A stretch of 64,000 nt of DNA from a virus, in IMG/VR virus record IMGVR_UViG_3300047476_001768, positions 7,367 to 71,366 of that record. One strand, written 5' to 3'. The position numbers and the translations under genes were made by a program. Under the pieces are notes generated by a model. It ran no database searches and had not been told where the DNA came from. It worked only from the letters and a program-made list of their open reading frames with translations. Of the stretch, positions 51,669 to 61,031 are shown piece after piece; positions within the stretch are counted from its first letter, which is position 1; every line of letters starts with the position of its first letter.

Positions 51669-53028
51669 GTTCAATAGACTGATACCAGTTTACCAAGAGG
51701 CTACTAAAAGTATCTTCAAAACATTTGCCTCGGCGTTGGTCATACTGTATGAAAAAATTTTTAAAATCCTTTTCTGCCTGATTTCTATCAAACCCTTCTC
51801 CGTGCGGCACCTCAATCACTCTTAAGTAATTTAATAGTCGCTTGATGTGATTTTTTTCCAGGTCAGAAAGTGTTTGATCGTGCTCATAACGAGCCAACCA
51901 ATCTTCAATCTTGATTGCATAATGATCTCTGATATTTTGAGGTAAAGTTGCTAGTCCTTGAAAACTTGGAAATCGCATGATGTTCAAACTAAAATACACG
52001 TTAGAGTATTTCTTTTTCCAATCCATTACAAGATCTAAAAAGTCTGTCAAGGTGTCTAAACAAAGAGCGTTGATGGTACACATGATGTTAAAACTTTGCA
52101 GTCTTTTAGATTGCATCAAATATTCAGAATTTGTAATCCATTGTTCCCAAATCAAACCATCTCGTATGTATTCTGCTTGCTTGCCCATGCTTTCATTGCT
52201 GGTGTACAATGTCAGTTGATTACCGCTAACCGAGTCTAGTAATCTATTCAATACGCCAATCTCAAATCCAAGATTGCTATTAATTGCCAGTTGAGTACGA
52301 CTGGAATTTTTGTGATCTTTAAACCAGTCAAGCAGTTTCCAGGTATACCCACTCATTAATGGTTCGCCACCTGTAATTCTTAATTCTACCAAGGTCTTGT
52401 GTAAATCTGCTTCCCACCAGGCAAAAAAAGCCTCCACATAAGGATTTGTTTGATTGATATCGTACAGTTGGTAATGTTCGTGATCGTGAGTAAAATGCGA
52501 TCTTCCGTCTGTGGTTAAATTTTTGTAGATTCCATTCTTTTTAATATCTTTAACCCATGTGCTGGAAAATCCTGGGTTACAATAACTGCATGCAAATTGA
52601 CAGGTTCTGTCAAATGATATTTCTAAAGTTTTTAAATTGAAGTCCTCTTCAACAGGAGCATTTTTGGCTTTGCGGAGATCATGAGGACTATAGATCATAC
52701 TTTTATAAGGACGATCACTAAGAGCATCAACATTCATGTCTTCTATTTTCCAACAATATTCGCAGCCAGCAGGTCTTTGTCCTTGTTGCATCATCAAACG
52801 ATCTTGTTTTTTCTGCTCAGTATTGTGCAACATTTTATAATTTTGTTTTATTGACTCAACTGAAACTCTTTGTGCAGGAGGATGATGGCAACTGGTGGTT
52901 TTACCTGCTCCTAACCATATGGTAGCGTTATACCATTTGGCTCCACAAAAGCTAGGTGAGATAGCATCAAGGACTCTTTTTTTATATTCAAGATCCGTTT
53001 CACCTGGTTTTTTATAAACTAGAACCAT
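51658..53028 (-). CDS. Radical SAM protein with N-terminal Cys-rich twitch-like domain
   Basis: CGAKW, SCHH, CEYCW, then CQFACSYC, TGGEP. Start set at ATG 53028. Confidence 0.88.
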   Translation of the reverse strand: MVLVYKKPGETDLEYKKRVLDAISPSFCGAKWYNATIWLGAGKTTSCHHPPAQRVSVESIKQNYKMLHNTEQKKQDRLMMQQGQRPAGCEYCWKIEDMNVDALSDRPYKSMIYSPHDLRKAKNAPVEEDFNLKTLEISFDRTCQFACSYCNPGFSSTWVKDIKKNGIYKNLTTDGRSHFTHDHEHYQLYDINQTNPYVEAFFAWWEADLHKTLVELRITGGEPLMSGYTWKLLDWFKDHKNSSRTQLAINSNLGFEIGVLNRLLDSVSGNQLTLYTSNESMGKQAEYIRDGLIWEQWITNSEYLMQSKRLQSFNIMCTINALCLDTLTDFLDLVMDWKKKYSNVYFSLNIMRFPSFQGLATLPQNIRDHYAIKIEDWLARYEHDQTLSDLEKNHIKRLLNYLRVIEVPHGEGFDRNQAEKDFKNFFIQYDQRRGKCFEDTFSSLLVNWYQSIEHDE

Positions 53029-54622
53029 GTTCAAATAACCTTTGTAAAAAATCAAAATCGTTTATTTTTGATAATTGATTTTTATCATGTTTGTTTTCAG
53101 TACCAAAATTTTTACCAGCGACTGCACCTTGCAAGCAGTGTATTGCATGATCTCCGTGTGCTCTAGTTATCCATTGATTTAGTCTTTTTTCTGTATCTTG
53201 ATTGTCTTGATTATCAATAATTTTGGAACTTAATTTGACACATTCTCTAAACGCACTGCGCCATGTATCAAATGCGGTGGTATTAAATCTAGTAACACAA
53301 CTTACAGTAGGTATCACTTCGATATCTCCCACGGTGGTAGTCATGTCTATATAGTCAACAGTTTCTTTTTCAAAAACATGTTTTGGAAAAACTTTAACGC
53401 CTCCGTGCCCATAGCAAAGATCATTCACAGGGTTCACACTATGATACACATAAGTTTTGGTTTCGTCTGCAAAGTTATCATCAAATCTAAAAGTGTCTAC
53501 TATCCATGCATCGGCATCAACCACATAAAACATTTTTGATTTAGCCAATTCAGCTGCTTGTCTATGTGCATTATAAATGCCCTTAACGTTACTCACATGA
53601 TACAATCTATTGTTTAACGGCAACTGTTGTTTAAGGCGCTGATAGTTTTCGTCAGCATTAGATTCTCCATTAGAGATAAACACCACATCATATGATTCAT
53701 GTGGTTGTATTTTAGTTACATAGCCTTGAGCAAATTCTATTAATCTTTTGCTACGTGGCATGTTTTGATAAGTGGTTTTGAAAAATTTGCTCTGACTGTC
53801 GTGTAGGTCTGTAATAGGTAAGTTCAATCTAGATTGTAATTCTTGTTTTAACTCATTTGACCGATTGATATCTTGATCTTGAAACAAGTTGTTGAGATAT
53901 TCAAAGTCTTTGACTTGAGTGTAATCCCAGTTGGTTAGATTGGTCATGTAGCAGCCCAGTCTAGCACCATATATTGCCCACTCACCGTGTTGAACATCTT
54001 GTCCAACTGAGCACCAGATTAGTAATCTTTGGTAATTCTGTTCAGGTATGCTTTTGGAAAAATTATTCATTCCACTGGCATTTAACTTGATTCCATTGAT
54101 TAGACTCATTTTAACACCTTCTCTAAATCCGGCTCTAAAAGCCTGAAGCGAAGATGCATTGTTGTATACTATACTAAAACATCCATCCATATGATGGTAA
54201 CTACGGTCCCAACAAAAGTCCACTTGATTAGTATCATCTTGTGCAGCTTCGTGAGTGCGCATGTTCCATACATGTTCTCTGGTCCAGCATTTAACACCGC
54301 CATTACCATAAATCAATCCGTTTATATGATTACGTGCGCTCCAACTTATCTGACTTTTATCTAGCGTGGACAATGTATTAAAATCAACTTCGTGATCAAA
54401 TAGTCTAGAGTCAACAATGTTATCTCCGTCCACGGTGATAAAATGTTCGGTATCGCTGACATCAGCACAGGCCTTGTGTGCAGCATCGCTGCCTTTAACT
54501 CCATGCACACGCTTGGCCCACGGTACTTTGGTTAATAGGTCTGCGTAGTTGTATTCTGCATTTGGTTCATCGTAACTGAGAAAAACACAGTCAATATCGG
54601 ATAATTTAATTTTATAGCTCAT
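53012..54622 (-). CDS. Tandem two-domain GT-A glycosyltransferase-like protein
   Basis: Two homologous halves: VFLSYDEPNA...VKGSDAAH...VDGD...YGNGGVK...FRAGFREGVK and VFISNGESNA...VKGIYNAH...VDAD...YGHGGVK...WRSAFRECVK. Confidence 0.65.
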   Translation of the reverse strand: MSYKIKLSDIDCVFLSYDEPNAEYNYADLLTKVPWAKRVHGVKGSDAAHKACADVSDTEHFITVDGDNIVDSRLFDHEVDFNTLSTLDKSQISWSARNHINGLIYGNGGVKCWTREHVWNMRTHEAAQDDTNQVDFCWDRSYHHMDGCFSIVYNNASSLQAFRAGFREGVKMSLINGIKLNASGMNNFSKSIPEQNYQRLLIWCSVGQDVQHGEWAIYGARLGCYMTNLTNWDYTQVKDFEYLNNLFQDQDINRSNELKQELQSRLNLPITDLHDSQSKFFKTTYQNMPRSKRLIEFAQGYVTKIQPHESYDVVFISNGESNADENYQRLKQQLPLNNRLYHVSNVKGIYNAHRQAAELAKSKMFYVVDADAWIVDTFRFDDNFADETKTYVYHSVNPVNDLCYGHGGVKVFPKHVFEKETVDYIDMTTTVGDIEVIPTVSCVTRFNTTAFDTWRSAFRECVKLSSKIIDNQDNQDTEKRLNQWITRAHGDHAIHCLQGAVAGKNFGTENKHDKNQLSKINDFDFLQRLFEHGSSL

Positions 54623-55142
54623 GTGAATAACTGTTAAAAGTTTTAAAAACATACAATCTAAAATTATCACTGCCTTGGTACTCTATAACGGTAGGACCAC
54701 TTGATAGTTCCTTGGCATCAATAATTTTAAACCACAACGGCCAGTAGGGGTCATTGTTTACACAAGCAGATATTACAATCATTTTTGAAAAAGAGTCAGA
54801 TCTAGCAATTTGCACATTTGAAAAAATTTCAATGGTTTTATTTGACGTGTGTTGTTTCAAAACAATTTCTGCTGATGGCAAATGATAAGGTACAAGAAAA
54901 AATTTTTCTATTTTTGTAGTTGTTGTTACATTAAAATTTTTGTTTACTTCAACCAATTTTCCTATATTCTTTTCTTGATCAATTACCTGCACAGTGAACC
55001 GTTGAGGAATAAATTTATTTTTTTCCAATAGCTCTTGATCCTTCGCATCAAGCACAATGTACGGATCCAAACTGTGTTTATCAATCACAGGGGACAGTTG
55101 GGTAATCAAAAAAGATTCTGAATTATAATATACAATGTTCAT
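54612..55142 (-). CDS. Hypothetical protein
   Basis: 176-aa ORF translationally coupled within the GT operon. Confidence 0.6.
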   Translation of the reverse strand: MNIVYYNSESFLITQLSPVIDKHSLDPYIVLDAKDQELLEKNKFIPQRFTVQVIDQEKNIGKLVEVNKNFNVTTTTKIEKFFLVPYHLPSAEIVLKQHTSNKTIEIFSNVQIARSDSFSKMIVISACVNNDPYWPLWFKIIDAKELSSGPTVIEYQGSDNFRLYVFKTFNSYSHEL

Positions 55143-55939
55143 TTGAATATGGATAGTATTTTATTGTCTACAAAATCTTTATTCACATAATGTAGAATTC
55201 CTGATTGTAAAAAACTACCCAAGCGAATGTTGTCGCTGGTAGCATATACTGGTAGAGTTGACTGCCAATCGCTGGTACTTCTACGCCATCCTTGACAGTG
55301 CGACTTCATGTGAGTGAATGTTGGATAATTTCTACATGACGTTACTTCATGTTCAATACCTAGTATTTTGATAGCAATAGCTGCTGCCACATCCATACTA
55401 GGAAATGTTTGTCTAGAGTTAGGGGTGTATTTTAATGTCCATGTATCCCAATTGGTGATAATACTTTTTGTTAAATCAAAAAATGTTTCAACCAAAGGAG
55501 TTTTTTTAAAATACACAAATGCTGAATATACATTGGGTAAGTTGTTATCTTGAAAAGTTTTTCTATAATAATTATCTTGAACCAAATGATTTCTGTAGGT
55601 CATAACTTTGTTGGTTAACAGTAACTCATATCTAGACATACTGTTCCACCAATAGGACACATCTGTAAGAAACAGCATGTCTGCATCTAAAATCACAGTT
55701 TCATCATAAGGACTTAAATCATAAAAGCGACAACGATTGTGTATTTTCCAATCAGAGTCTTTGGCCAAATCTTGGTCAGGAACAGCAATCACTTGATCAA
55801 ACAATTGTTTATTACAATCACCATCAGTAATAACACTGATATTTTTTATTTCACTCTGGGTAGACCAAATACTTCTCGCCAGATGCTCGGCCAGGTGAGT
55901 GTAATTGCCTTGTGCCATTACTAGGTAACCACGAGTCAT
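55139..55939 (-). CDS. GT-A nucleotide-diphospho-sugar transferase
   Basis: 266 aa. SPYDETVILDADM (DxD), FTHMK, LHY. Confidence 0.75.
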   Translation of the reverse strand: MTRGYLVMAQGNYTHLAEHLARSIWSTQSEIKNISVITDGDCNKQLFDQVIAVPDQDLAKDSDWKIHNRCRFYDLSPYDETVILDADMLFLTDVSYWWNSMSRYELLLTNKVMTYRNHLVQDNYYRKTFQDNNLPNVYSAFVYFKKTPLVETFFDLTKSIITNWDTWTLKYTPNSRQTFPSMDVAAAIAIKILGIEHEVTSCRNYPTFTHMKSHCQGWRRSTSDWQSTLPVYATSDNIRLGSFLQSGILHYVNKDFVDNKILSIFK

Positions 55940-56775
55940 GCAATTACTCCTAGTTCTGTTTCAACAAAATGCATAAGATCAAATTTGTTCATTACATGTA
56001 AATCTTTATGAGATACTTTACATGGCCCAATGTCTTGCTTGTACATGATTGTGGAATCATGGTCCATGGAAAAAATACCAGCATCATCTGTGGCATAGTG
56101 CAAGTGCCATGGTAAAGATTCACACCAGGTGTCGTGATTGATGCCGCCTTGGTGATGAATGGCCATGGACCAAACATGGTCGTTTCTTAAATATTTAGGA
56201 GAGCTAAGTGAGTGTAATCCACTATACCAATCGTAATTGTTTTTGATGTGTTTGCAGGTATTAAAAAAAATTTCTGCCTCGGTATTTTTTTTAAAATAAA
56301 ATTGCGTGGCCCAGTAAAAATTAATATCAATGTCACTTAATTTTTCAAATTCTAAAATTTTATTTTTAGGGTTAAAAATTTCAACTGCATGCTTGCAAAA
56401 CAACAATGAACTATTTGACTTCCATACTTTGTTAATATCACTGCTTTGAATAATAATATCAGTGTCCATGATGAATGTTTCATCATAAGGAGTAAGATCA
56501 AAGGCATTAACTCTGTCAGTATTGTAAAAAGTTAGATATTTTTCAATATATCTTTTTTGTTGTGTAGTGGTGACACCATTATCGTGAACAATGATTTTAT
56601 CAAAATAAGTTTCTAGTTTAGGATATTTTTCAAATGTTGCTAAAGAGGAGTCATCAGTGACCAAAGATACCGCGCATCCTAGATAATCATTGGCTCGTTT
56701 AGCACACCATGCAGCCATTAACACATAGTCAACACTTTGATTATTGTGTGCAAACAACAAAATTCCTTGACTCAT
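55936..56775 (-). CDS. GT-A nucleotide-diphospho-sugar transferase (paralog of 55139)
   Basis: 279 aa. TPYDETFIMDTD (DxD), RND, HVMNK. Confidence 0.72.
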   Translation of the reverse strand: MSQGILLFAHNNQSVDYVLMAAWCAKRANDYLGCAVSLVTDDSSLATFEKYPKLETYFDKIIVHDNGVTTTQQKRYIEKYLTFYNTDRVNAFDLTPYDETFIMDTDIIIQSSDINKVWKSNSSLLFCKHAVEIFNPKNKILEFEKLSDIDINFYWATQFYFKKNTEAEIFFNTCKHIKNNYDWYSGLHSLSSPKYLRNDHVWSMAIHHQGGINHDTWCESLPWHLHYATDDAGIFSMDHDSTIMYKQDIGPCKVSHKDLHVMNKFDLMHFVETELGVIA

Positions 56776-57119
56776 AATTTTAGAATGCCAGAAACTGATC
56801 GGGTTTGAATCAATCGTTTGTGTGCTGCCCCAAACTCCACGAGTGCAGAATTATAGGTGATTGTTGCTTGTTCAATCCACTGATCTATGTTGTCTATTAA
56901 TATTGGTGTTCCATTGCGATCCAAGATCCATAGTTCGTTGCCTGGAGTTTGTTCTCTACGCAACTTTATACCAGCGATCAGCTCTGGAGTTAGATCAAAA
57001 AATCCACCTGATATAGCCAAAGTGCAGTCATCTTTAAATTTGGTTGTTAACAGGTCGCGTTGTCTTGATAGCTGGCTACGTAAATCGGCCCAGGATAAAA
57101 TTTCGTTGATATCTGTCAT
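56772..57119 (-). CDS. Hypothetical protein
   Basis: 115-aa helical ORF heading the GT operon; CATAATTA box upstream at 57138-57145. Confidence 0.6.
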   Translation of the reverse strand: MTDINEILSWADLRSQLSRQRDLLTTKFKDDCTLAISGGFFDLTPELIAGIKLRREQTPGNELWILDRNGTPILIDNIDQWIEQATITYNSALVEFGAAHKRLIQTRSVSGILKL

Positions 57120-57170
57120 ATTATTCTCTCATACAAATAATTATGTAGATAAAAATGTGCTAGTATATTT

Positions 57171-58487
57171 TTATGCTGATCTATCGTAGAAATCACCGTC
57201 GCCTGAGCCTGCATCAAAACTCTTAGATGAGGTACGAGACCTGGTATCGTCGGCTCCGGTTAAGCCGCCAAAGAAGCTTGCTCTAAGTACACTGGAACTG
57301 GCAGTTTGGCTGGTTGACAATGCATAATCGGTCCAATAAGCCAATCCTACTGCATCTGGTTTGCGATATAACCCATATCTTTGTGTACCATCAATCACTC
57401 CAAAGTTGGTATTAGGCAAATACAGCCCATTGGCCAAATTTTGACCTCTACTGAGGAAACTGCTTCGCTGCGCACTTGTGGTATATCCATAACTAGCAGC
57501 ATATTCATCCAGCCATTCCGGATCATAATCATATGTGTTTTCGGGTGCTGCTGGACCATCAACCTGATCTGACGGAGCATCGCTAAAGCCACTGTTGGTC
57601 CAGGAGCCGGTTGCACTAGGTGTGGGGCTTACCACAGCGTCTATTGATTTATAATAGTTTAATGAACCGGTAATGTTTAAAGTAACTGATTCATCAGTTC
57701 CAAATGGCGGGTTAGGTTGTCCGGATGCATCATCGTAGCGTACAGTTATTCTGATACTGGTAGACGATAGTTTATGACCCCAGGCTTGTATGTAACTGTC
57801 TCCGTAAGGACTGCCTACAGATCGTTTGCTGCGTATTTGCACATTAGCCGAGCCTGATCTATAGTTGGTTCTCGTGAAATTAATTGCATCTTGAAGATCC
57901 AACAGATCTGCCCATTCTTGATTTTTGTCAGTTGACCCACCCGAACTTATGGAACCAGAATCGTACGATAACTCATAAGTGAGATAACCGCCAGCATTAA
58001 AAAAGTTTCTGGCATTGTCAGCACTGGCAAAAGACACTGTGACCGAATGTACCACGCACTGCCACGAAGCAGTTTGAGTTGAACTCACACCAGTGACCTT
58101 GACCAACTGTGAGGCGGCCACAGTGTCTGCACTAGAAACACCTGTATCTGCTTGAGTTTTTAGTGCATTGATTATGCCTATAGAAACTGTTGTAGATTCA
58201 TTTACATCAGTTAGACTGGATACAACAGCATCGTAACTAGTACCTGCACCCAACTGATGCTTGCGGATATTCAGGATGTCTGTGCGTAAATTATCCCATT
58301 GCGTGTCAGTGATCAGTCCGGTTGGGGCACTGTCAGCAGTCACAGATGAAGATAACACTGTGGCTCCATAACCAGTGGTTCCTAATCCTGTGCCTAGTAC
58401 GCTTACAACCTGGTTATATACAATATCAAAATCTGTTGCATATATGGTATCTCCCGAAACTTTGGGGAATTCACCTGCTGCTGCCAT
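57171..58487 (-). CDS. Virion structural/fibre-like protein with C-terminal DUF4214-like motif
   Basis: 438 aa, S/T/G-rich. WDNLR.DI, ARNFFNAGG; C-terminal LYRKPDAVGLAYW. Confidence 0.55.
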   Translation of the reverse strand: MAAAGEFPKVSGDTIYATDFDIVYNQVVSVLGTGLGTTGYGATVLSSSVTADSAPTGLITDTQWDNLRTDILNIRKHQLGAGTSYDAVVSSLTDVNESTTVSIGIINALKTQADTGVSSADTVAASQLVKVTGVSSTQTASWQCVVHSVTVSFASADNARNFFNAGGYLTYELSYDSGSISSGGSTDKNQEWADLLDLQDAINFTRTNYRSGSANVQIRSKRSVGSPYGDSYIQAWGHKLSSTSIRITVRYDDASGQPNPPFGTDESVTLNITGSLNYYKSIDAVVSPTPSATGSWTNSGFSDAPSDQVDGPAAPENTYDYDPEWLDEYAASYGYTTSAQRSSFLSRGQNLANGLYLPNTNFGVIDGTQRYGLYRKPDAVGLAYWTDYALSTSQTASSSVLRASFFGGLTGADDTRSRTSSKSFDAGSGDGDFYDRSA

Positions 58488-58511
58488 GTTTAAATCCTGT
58501 AATAGATAGTG

Positions 58512-58566
58512 TATTTAGCAGTTTGGGACTACCGTACTGCCCAAAAATACTATGCTATTATTTAGC
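58512..58566 (-). promoter_or_regulatory. Tandem GCTAAATA late-promoter-like boxes flanking a stem-loop
   Basis: Boxes at 58559-58566 and 58512-58519; TTTGGG/CCCAAA inverted repeat at 58522-58545. Confidence 0.5.
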
Positions 58567-58572
58567 CAAAAA

Positions 58573-59535
58573 TCAGGAGGGATTGTAAATGGATGTTTTT
58601 AGCCAGTTGTAGTACAGTTGGAACCCTTGCTCAATGTCAATTTTTGGCTCGTAACCAAAATCTTCGCGGGCGCGATTGATCTTTAAACTGGCCCTGCTGG
58701 GGTATTCTGCGTCCTTGCCTTCAGTAACAATATTGCCATATCCGCCAACTGTGGCAATGGCCAACTGTGCTGCTTGCAAGAGTGTGTGACTTGCTGACCG
58801 CGTGATATTATAGGTCCTACAGGCTGTTTTATCGCTTAAACTCGCACCTATGATGCCTGTTACAGCATCGTCTACATAGGTAAAGTCCAGCATTTCTCGC
58901 TCGCCTTTGACTTTAAGTGTATTGCCCTGCATGGCAGCAATCAAAAACTTGCTTACCACACGGTCTTCAATATCACGTGGACCATACACAGCACTGGGCC
59001 GAATAATAGTATACTCCATGCCAGTGCGACGAGCATAGTCTTTTACTAGCCATTCTCCGGCTAATTTCATAATGCCGTATTGTCCAATTGGGTTGCATGG
59101 ATCATCTTCGCCTATGTCTTCTGTAAAGTCACCGTAGACCATGCTGCTGCTGATATACACAAATCGTCGCACTTTGTTTTTGGCAGCTGACTCTAACAGT
59201 TGCATGAGTCCACTCATCATCACCTGCGAGCCCCAGGTAGGGTCGGCACTGACCACTTTCTGTCGTGGGAAACTTGCCATATGAATAACAATTTCGGGTT
59301 GGTAATGTGAAACCATCCATTCAACACTTTTGGTTACTGTGGCTAGATCAATACGGTGCACAGGTGCAGTATATAACTTTCTACGTTCTGCATGCAAAGC
59401 AGAAATATGTTCTTGTGGCACAATGCCGTAATTGGTTTCGTTGTCTAGTATAGAACAACTATGACCTAAAAATTCTAGTCCACGTACCACGTTATGACCA
59501 ATAAAACCAGCACCGCCTGTTACCAATATGTTCAT
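58573..59535 (-). CDS. NAD-dependent NDP-sugar epimerase/dehydratase
   Basis: VTGGAGFIG, ISSSMVYG, YGIMK, RPSAVYGP, DFTYVDD. ATG 59535 has an ATGA overlap with the upstream stop. Confidence 0.9.
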   Translation of the reverse strand: MNILVTGGAGFIGHNVVRGLEFLGHSCSILDNETNYGIVPQEHISALHAERRKLYTAPVHRIDLATVTKSVEWMVSHYQPEIVIHMASFPRQKVVSADPTWGSQVMMSGLMQLLESAAKNKVRRFVYISSSMVYGDFTEDIGEDDPCNPIGQYGIMKLAGEWLVKDYARRTGMEYTIIRPSAVYGPRDIEDRVVSKFLIAAMQGNTLKVKGEREMLDFTYVDDAVTGIIGASLSDKTACRTYNITRSASHTLLQAAQLAIATVGGYGNIVTEGKDAEYPSRASLKINRAREDFGYEPKIDIEQGFQLYYNWLKTSIYNPS

Positions 59536-59759
59536 GTGTGTTTCCATTTTAATGTAAATGCCAGTGCATCTGCTTCTTCACGAAATTGATATTCCCCAAT
59601 TTCGTCCCAGTAGGCACTAACGTCCGCTACATCTACTACTTCGTAACCAAGGTAGCTGACACAATGTTCTTGTGCCCATGCATCCATAGCATCATAAAAG
59701 TCTTGATTATAATCGTATCCATTTGGTGCTGGATCAGCAATGTGTACTTGGTATGTCAT
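59532..59759 (-). CDS. Small acidic hypothetical phage protein
   Basis: 75 aa, ends F.EEADALAF.LKW. Confidence 0.65.
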   Translation of the reverse strand: MTYQVHIADPAPNGYDYNQDFYDAMDAWAQEHCVSYLGYEVVDVADVSAYWDEIGEYQFREEADALAFTLKWKHT

Positions 59760-59985
59760 ACTTTAATCTGTAGTACACTTCGTCGCGTTCGCTGAGCTTG
59801 CCATAGATCTGTATTCTGTAGCCCATGGTTTCCATGCTAGGCACTATACGAAAGTACGGTTGTTCTAATGCGTTTTCCATAACCCATTTACCTTGCTCAG
59901 ACTCTTGCCATTCAAGAATAGGCATGGCTGCATAGAGTTCTGGATCCTCTACATCAGCCATGAACAGCTCTTTGAAAACAATCAT
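59734..59985 (-). CDS. Small hypothetical phage protein
   Basis: 83 aa from ATG 59985 (ATGA overlap with the thyA stop). Confidence 0.65.
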   Translation of the reverse strand: MIVFKELFMADVEDPELYAAMPILEWQESEQGKWVMENALEQPYFRIVPSMETMGYRIQIYGKLSERDEVYYRLKYDIPSTHC

Positions 59986-61031
59986 ACGGCCATTGGAGCG
60001 GGGATAGCGTCGTGGCATGTGTAGTTGTCCAAACGTATATCATTCATGGTAAATTGTGTGATATCCTTGACGTCAGGATTCAACCAAAGAGTTGGTGCAG
60101 GTAATGGTTCACGTGATAGTTGTTCTTTTACCTGTTCTACATGATTCAAGTAGATGTGTGCATCGCCGAGTACATGAACAAACTCCCCGACCGCTAGGCC
60201 GCACACTTGAGCTATCATGGCCGTTAGCAGGCTGTAGCTTGCGATGTTAAAGGGGACTCCAAGAAAAAGATCGCAACTTCTTTGGTACATTTGGCAACTG
60301 AGTTTATTAGTTGGTAAGCCAAATGCTTTTAGATCCTCAACAGTCTTGGCGCGACCTTCACGGCCTACATCCATAACCTTTTTCACTTCGTCTGTTTGTT
60401 TACTACGAAATGCCATGTAGGTGTTGTTGATCTCTTGTGAACTTAGTGGGCTCACATAGAACTGTGCAAAGCAGTGACACGGTGGTAGAGCCATGAGTTC
60501 TAATTCTCCGGGATTCCACGCAGATAATATATGTCTTCGTCCGTGTGGGTCTGCTTTGATACCGTTGATCAGAGCTAGTAATTGATCAACTTCTTTAAAA
60601 TGCACATAACCGTCTCGACGGTATAGGTTGCCAAAAGAATCTTTAAAGGTTTCTGCTTTGTGTTCTACAGGAGTGCGCCACTTGCGCCATTGCACACCGT
60701 ACACACGACCCAGGTCGCCTTCGTACCGGGCCTTAGGTGTCCAGTATGCTGCGGTAGCATTGTCAGTCCAGATGGTTTTCTTGTCGCTATCCCTGCTACC
60801 ATGTAGTATCTCTCGCAGGCGTTTTTCATCCCCTGAACCTTCAATGAACCACAGCAACTCTGATACAACAGCCTTCCAGGCCAGACGCTTGGTAGTTACG
60901 GCAGGAAATCCCTCAGCCAGATTATAGCGTTGCTGCATACCAAATACACTGATAGTGCCAGTGCCAGTACGGTCGCTACGTTGGGTACCGTCTCGTAAAA
61001 CAGTTTGGAGAGCTTCATGATATTGTTTCAT
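59982..61031 (-). CDS. thyA: Thymidylate synthase
   Basis: 349 aa. DRTGTGT, ELLWF, LGRVYGVQW, ALPPCH, YQRSCD, GVPFNIASY, GDAHIY. Confidence 0.97.
   Translation of the reverse strand: MKQYHEALQTVLRDGTQRSDRTGTGTISVFGMQQRYNLAEGFPAVTTKRLAWKAVVSELLWFIEGSGDEKRLREILHGSRDSDKKTIWTDNATAAYWTPKARYEGDLGRVYGVQWRKWRTPVEHKAETFKDSFGNLYRRDGYVHFKEVDQLLALINGIKADPHGRRHILSAWNPGELELMALPPCHCFAQFYVSPLSSQEINNTYMAFRSKQTDEVKKVMDVGREGRAKTVEDLKAFGLPTNKLSCQMYQRSCDLFLGVPFNIASYSLLTAMIAQVCGLAVGEFVHVLGDAHIYLNHVEQVKEQLSREPLPAPTLWLNPDVKDITQFTMNDIRLDNYTCHDAIPAPMAV

Noticed and set aside
46359-53028. RiPP cluster around the radical SAM/SPASM-like enzymes
   Set aside because: No precursor-like short ORF, RRE/PqqD domain, peptidase or transporter visible, and intergenic gaps are too small. 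A precursor elsewhere cannot be excluded.
36115-57119. Island as contaminating or chimeric bacterial DNA
   Set aside because: It overlaps a phage tail gene at its left end, is co-directional with a virion-type gene at its right end, and carries the same TAAATA boxes as the structural genes. Read mapping would settle it.
59982-61031. ThyA homolog as a DNA base-modifying dCMP hydroxymethylase feeding the glycosyltransferases
   Set aside because: Keeps the dUMP-specifying Asn in PFNIASY and is coupled to DHFR, as expected for canonical ThyA.
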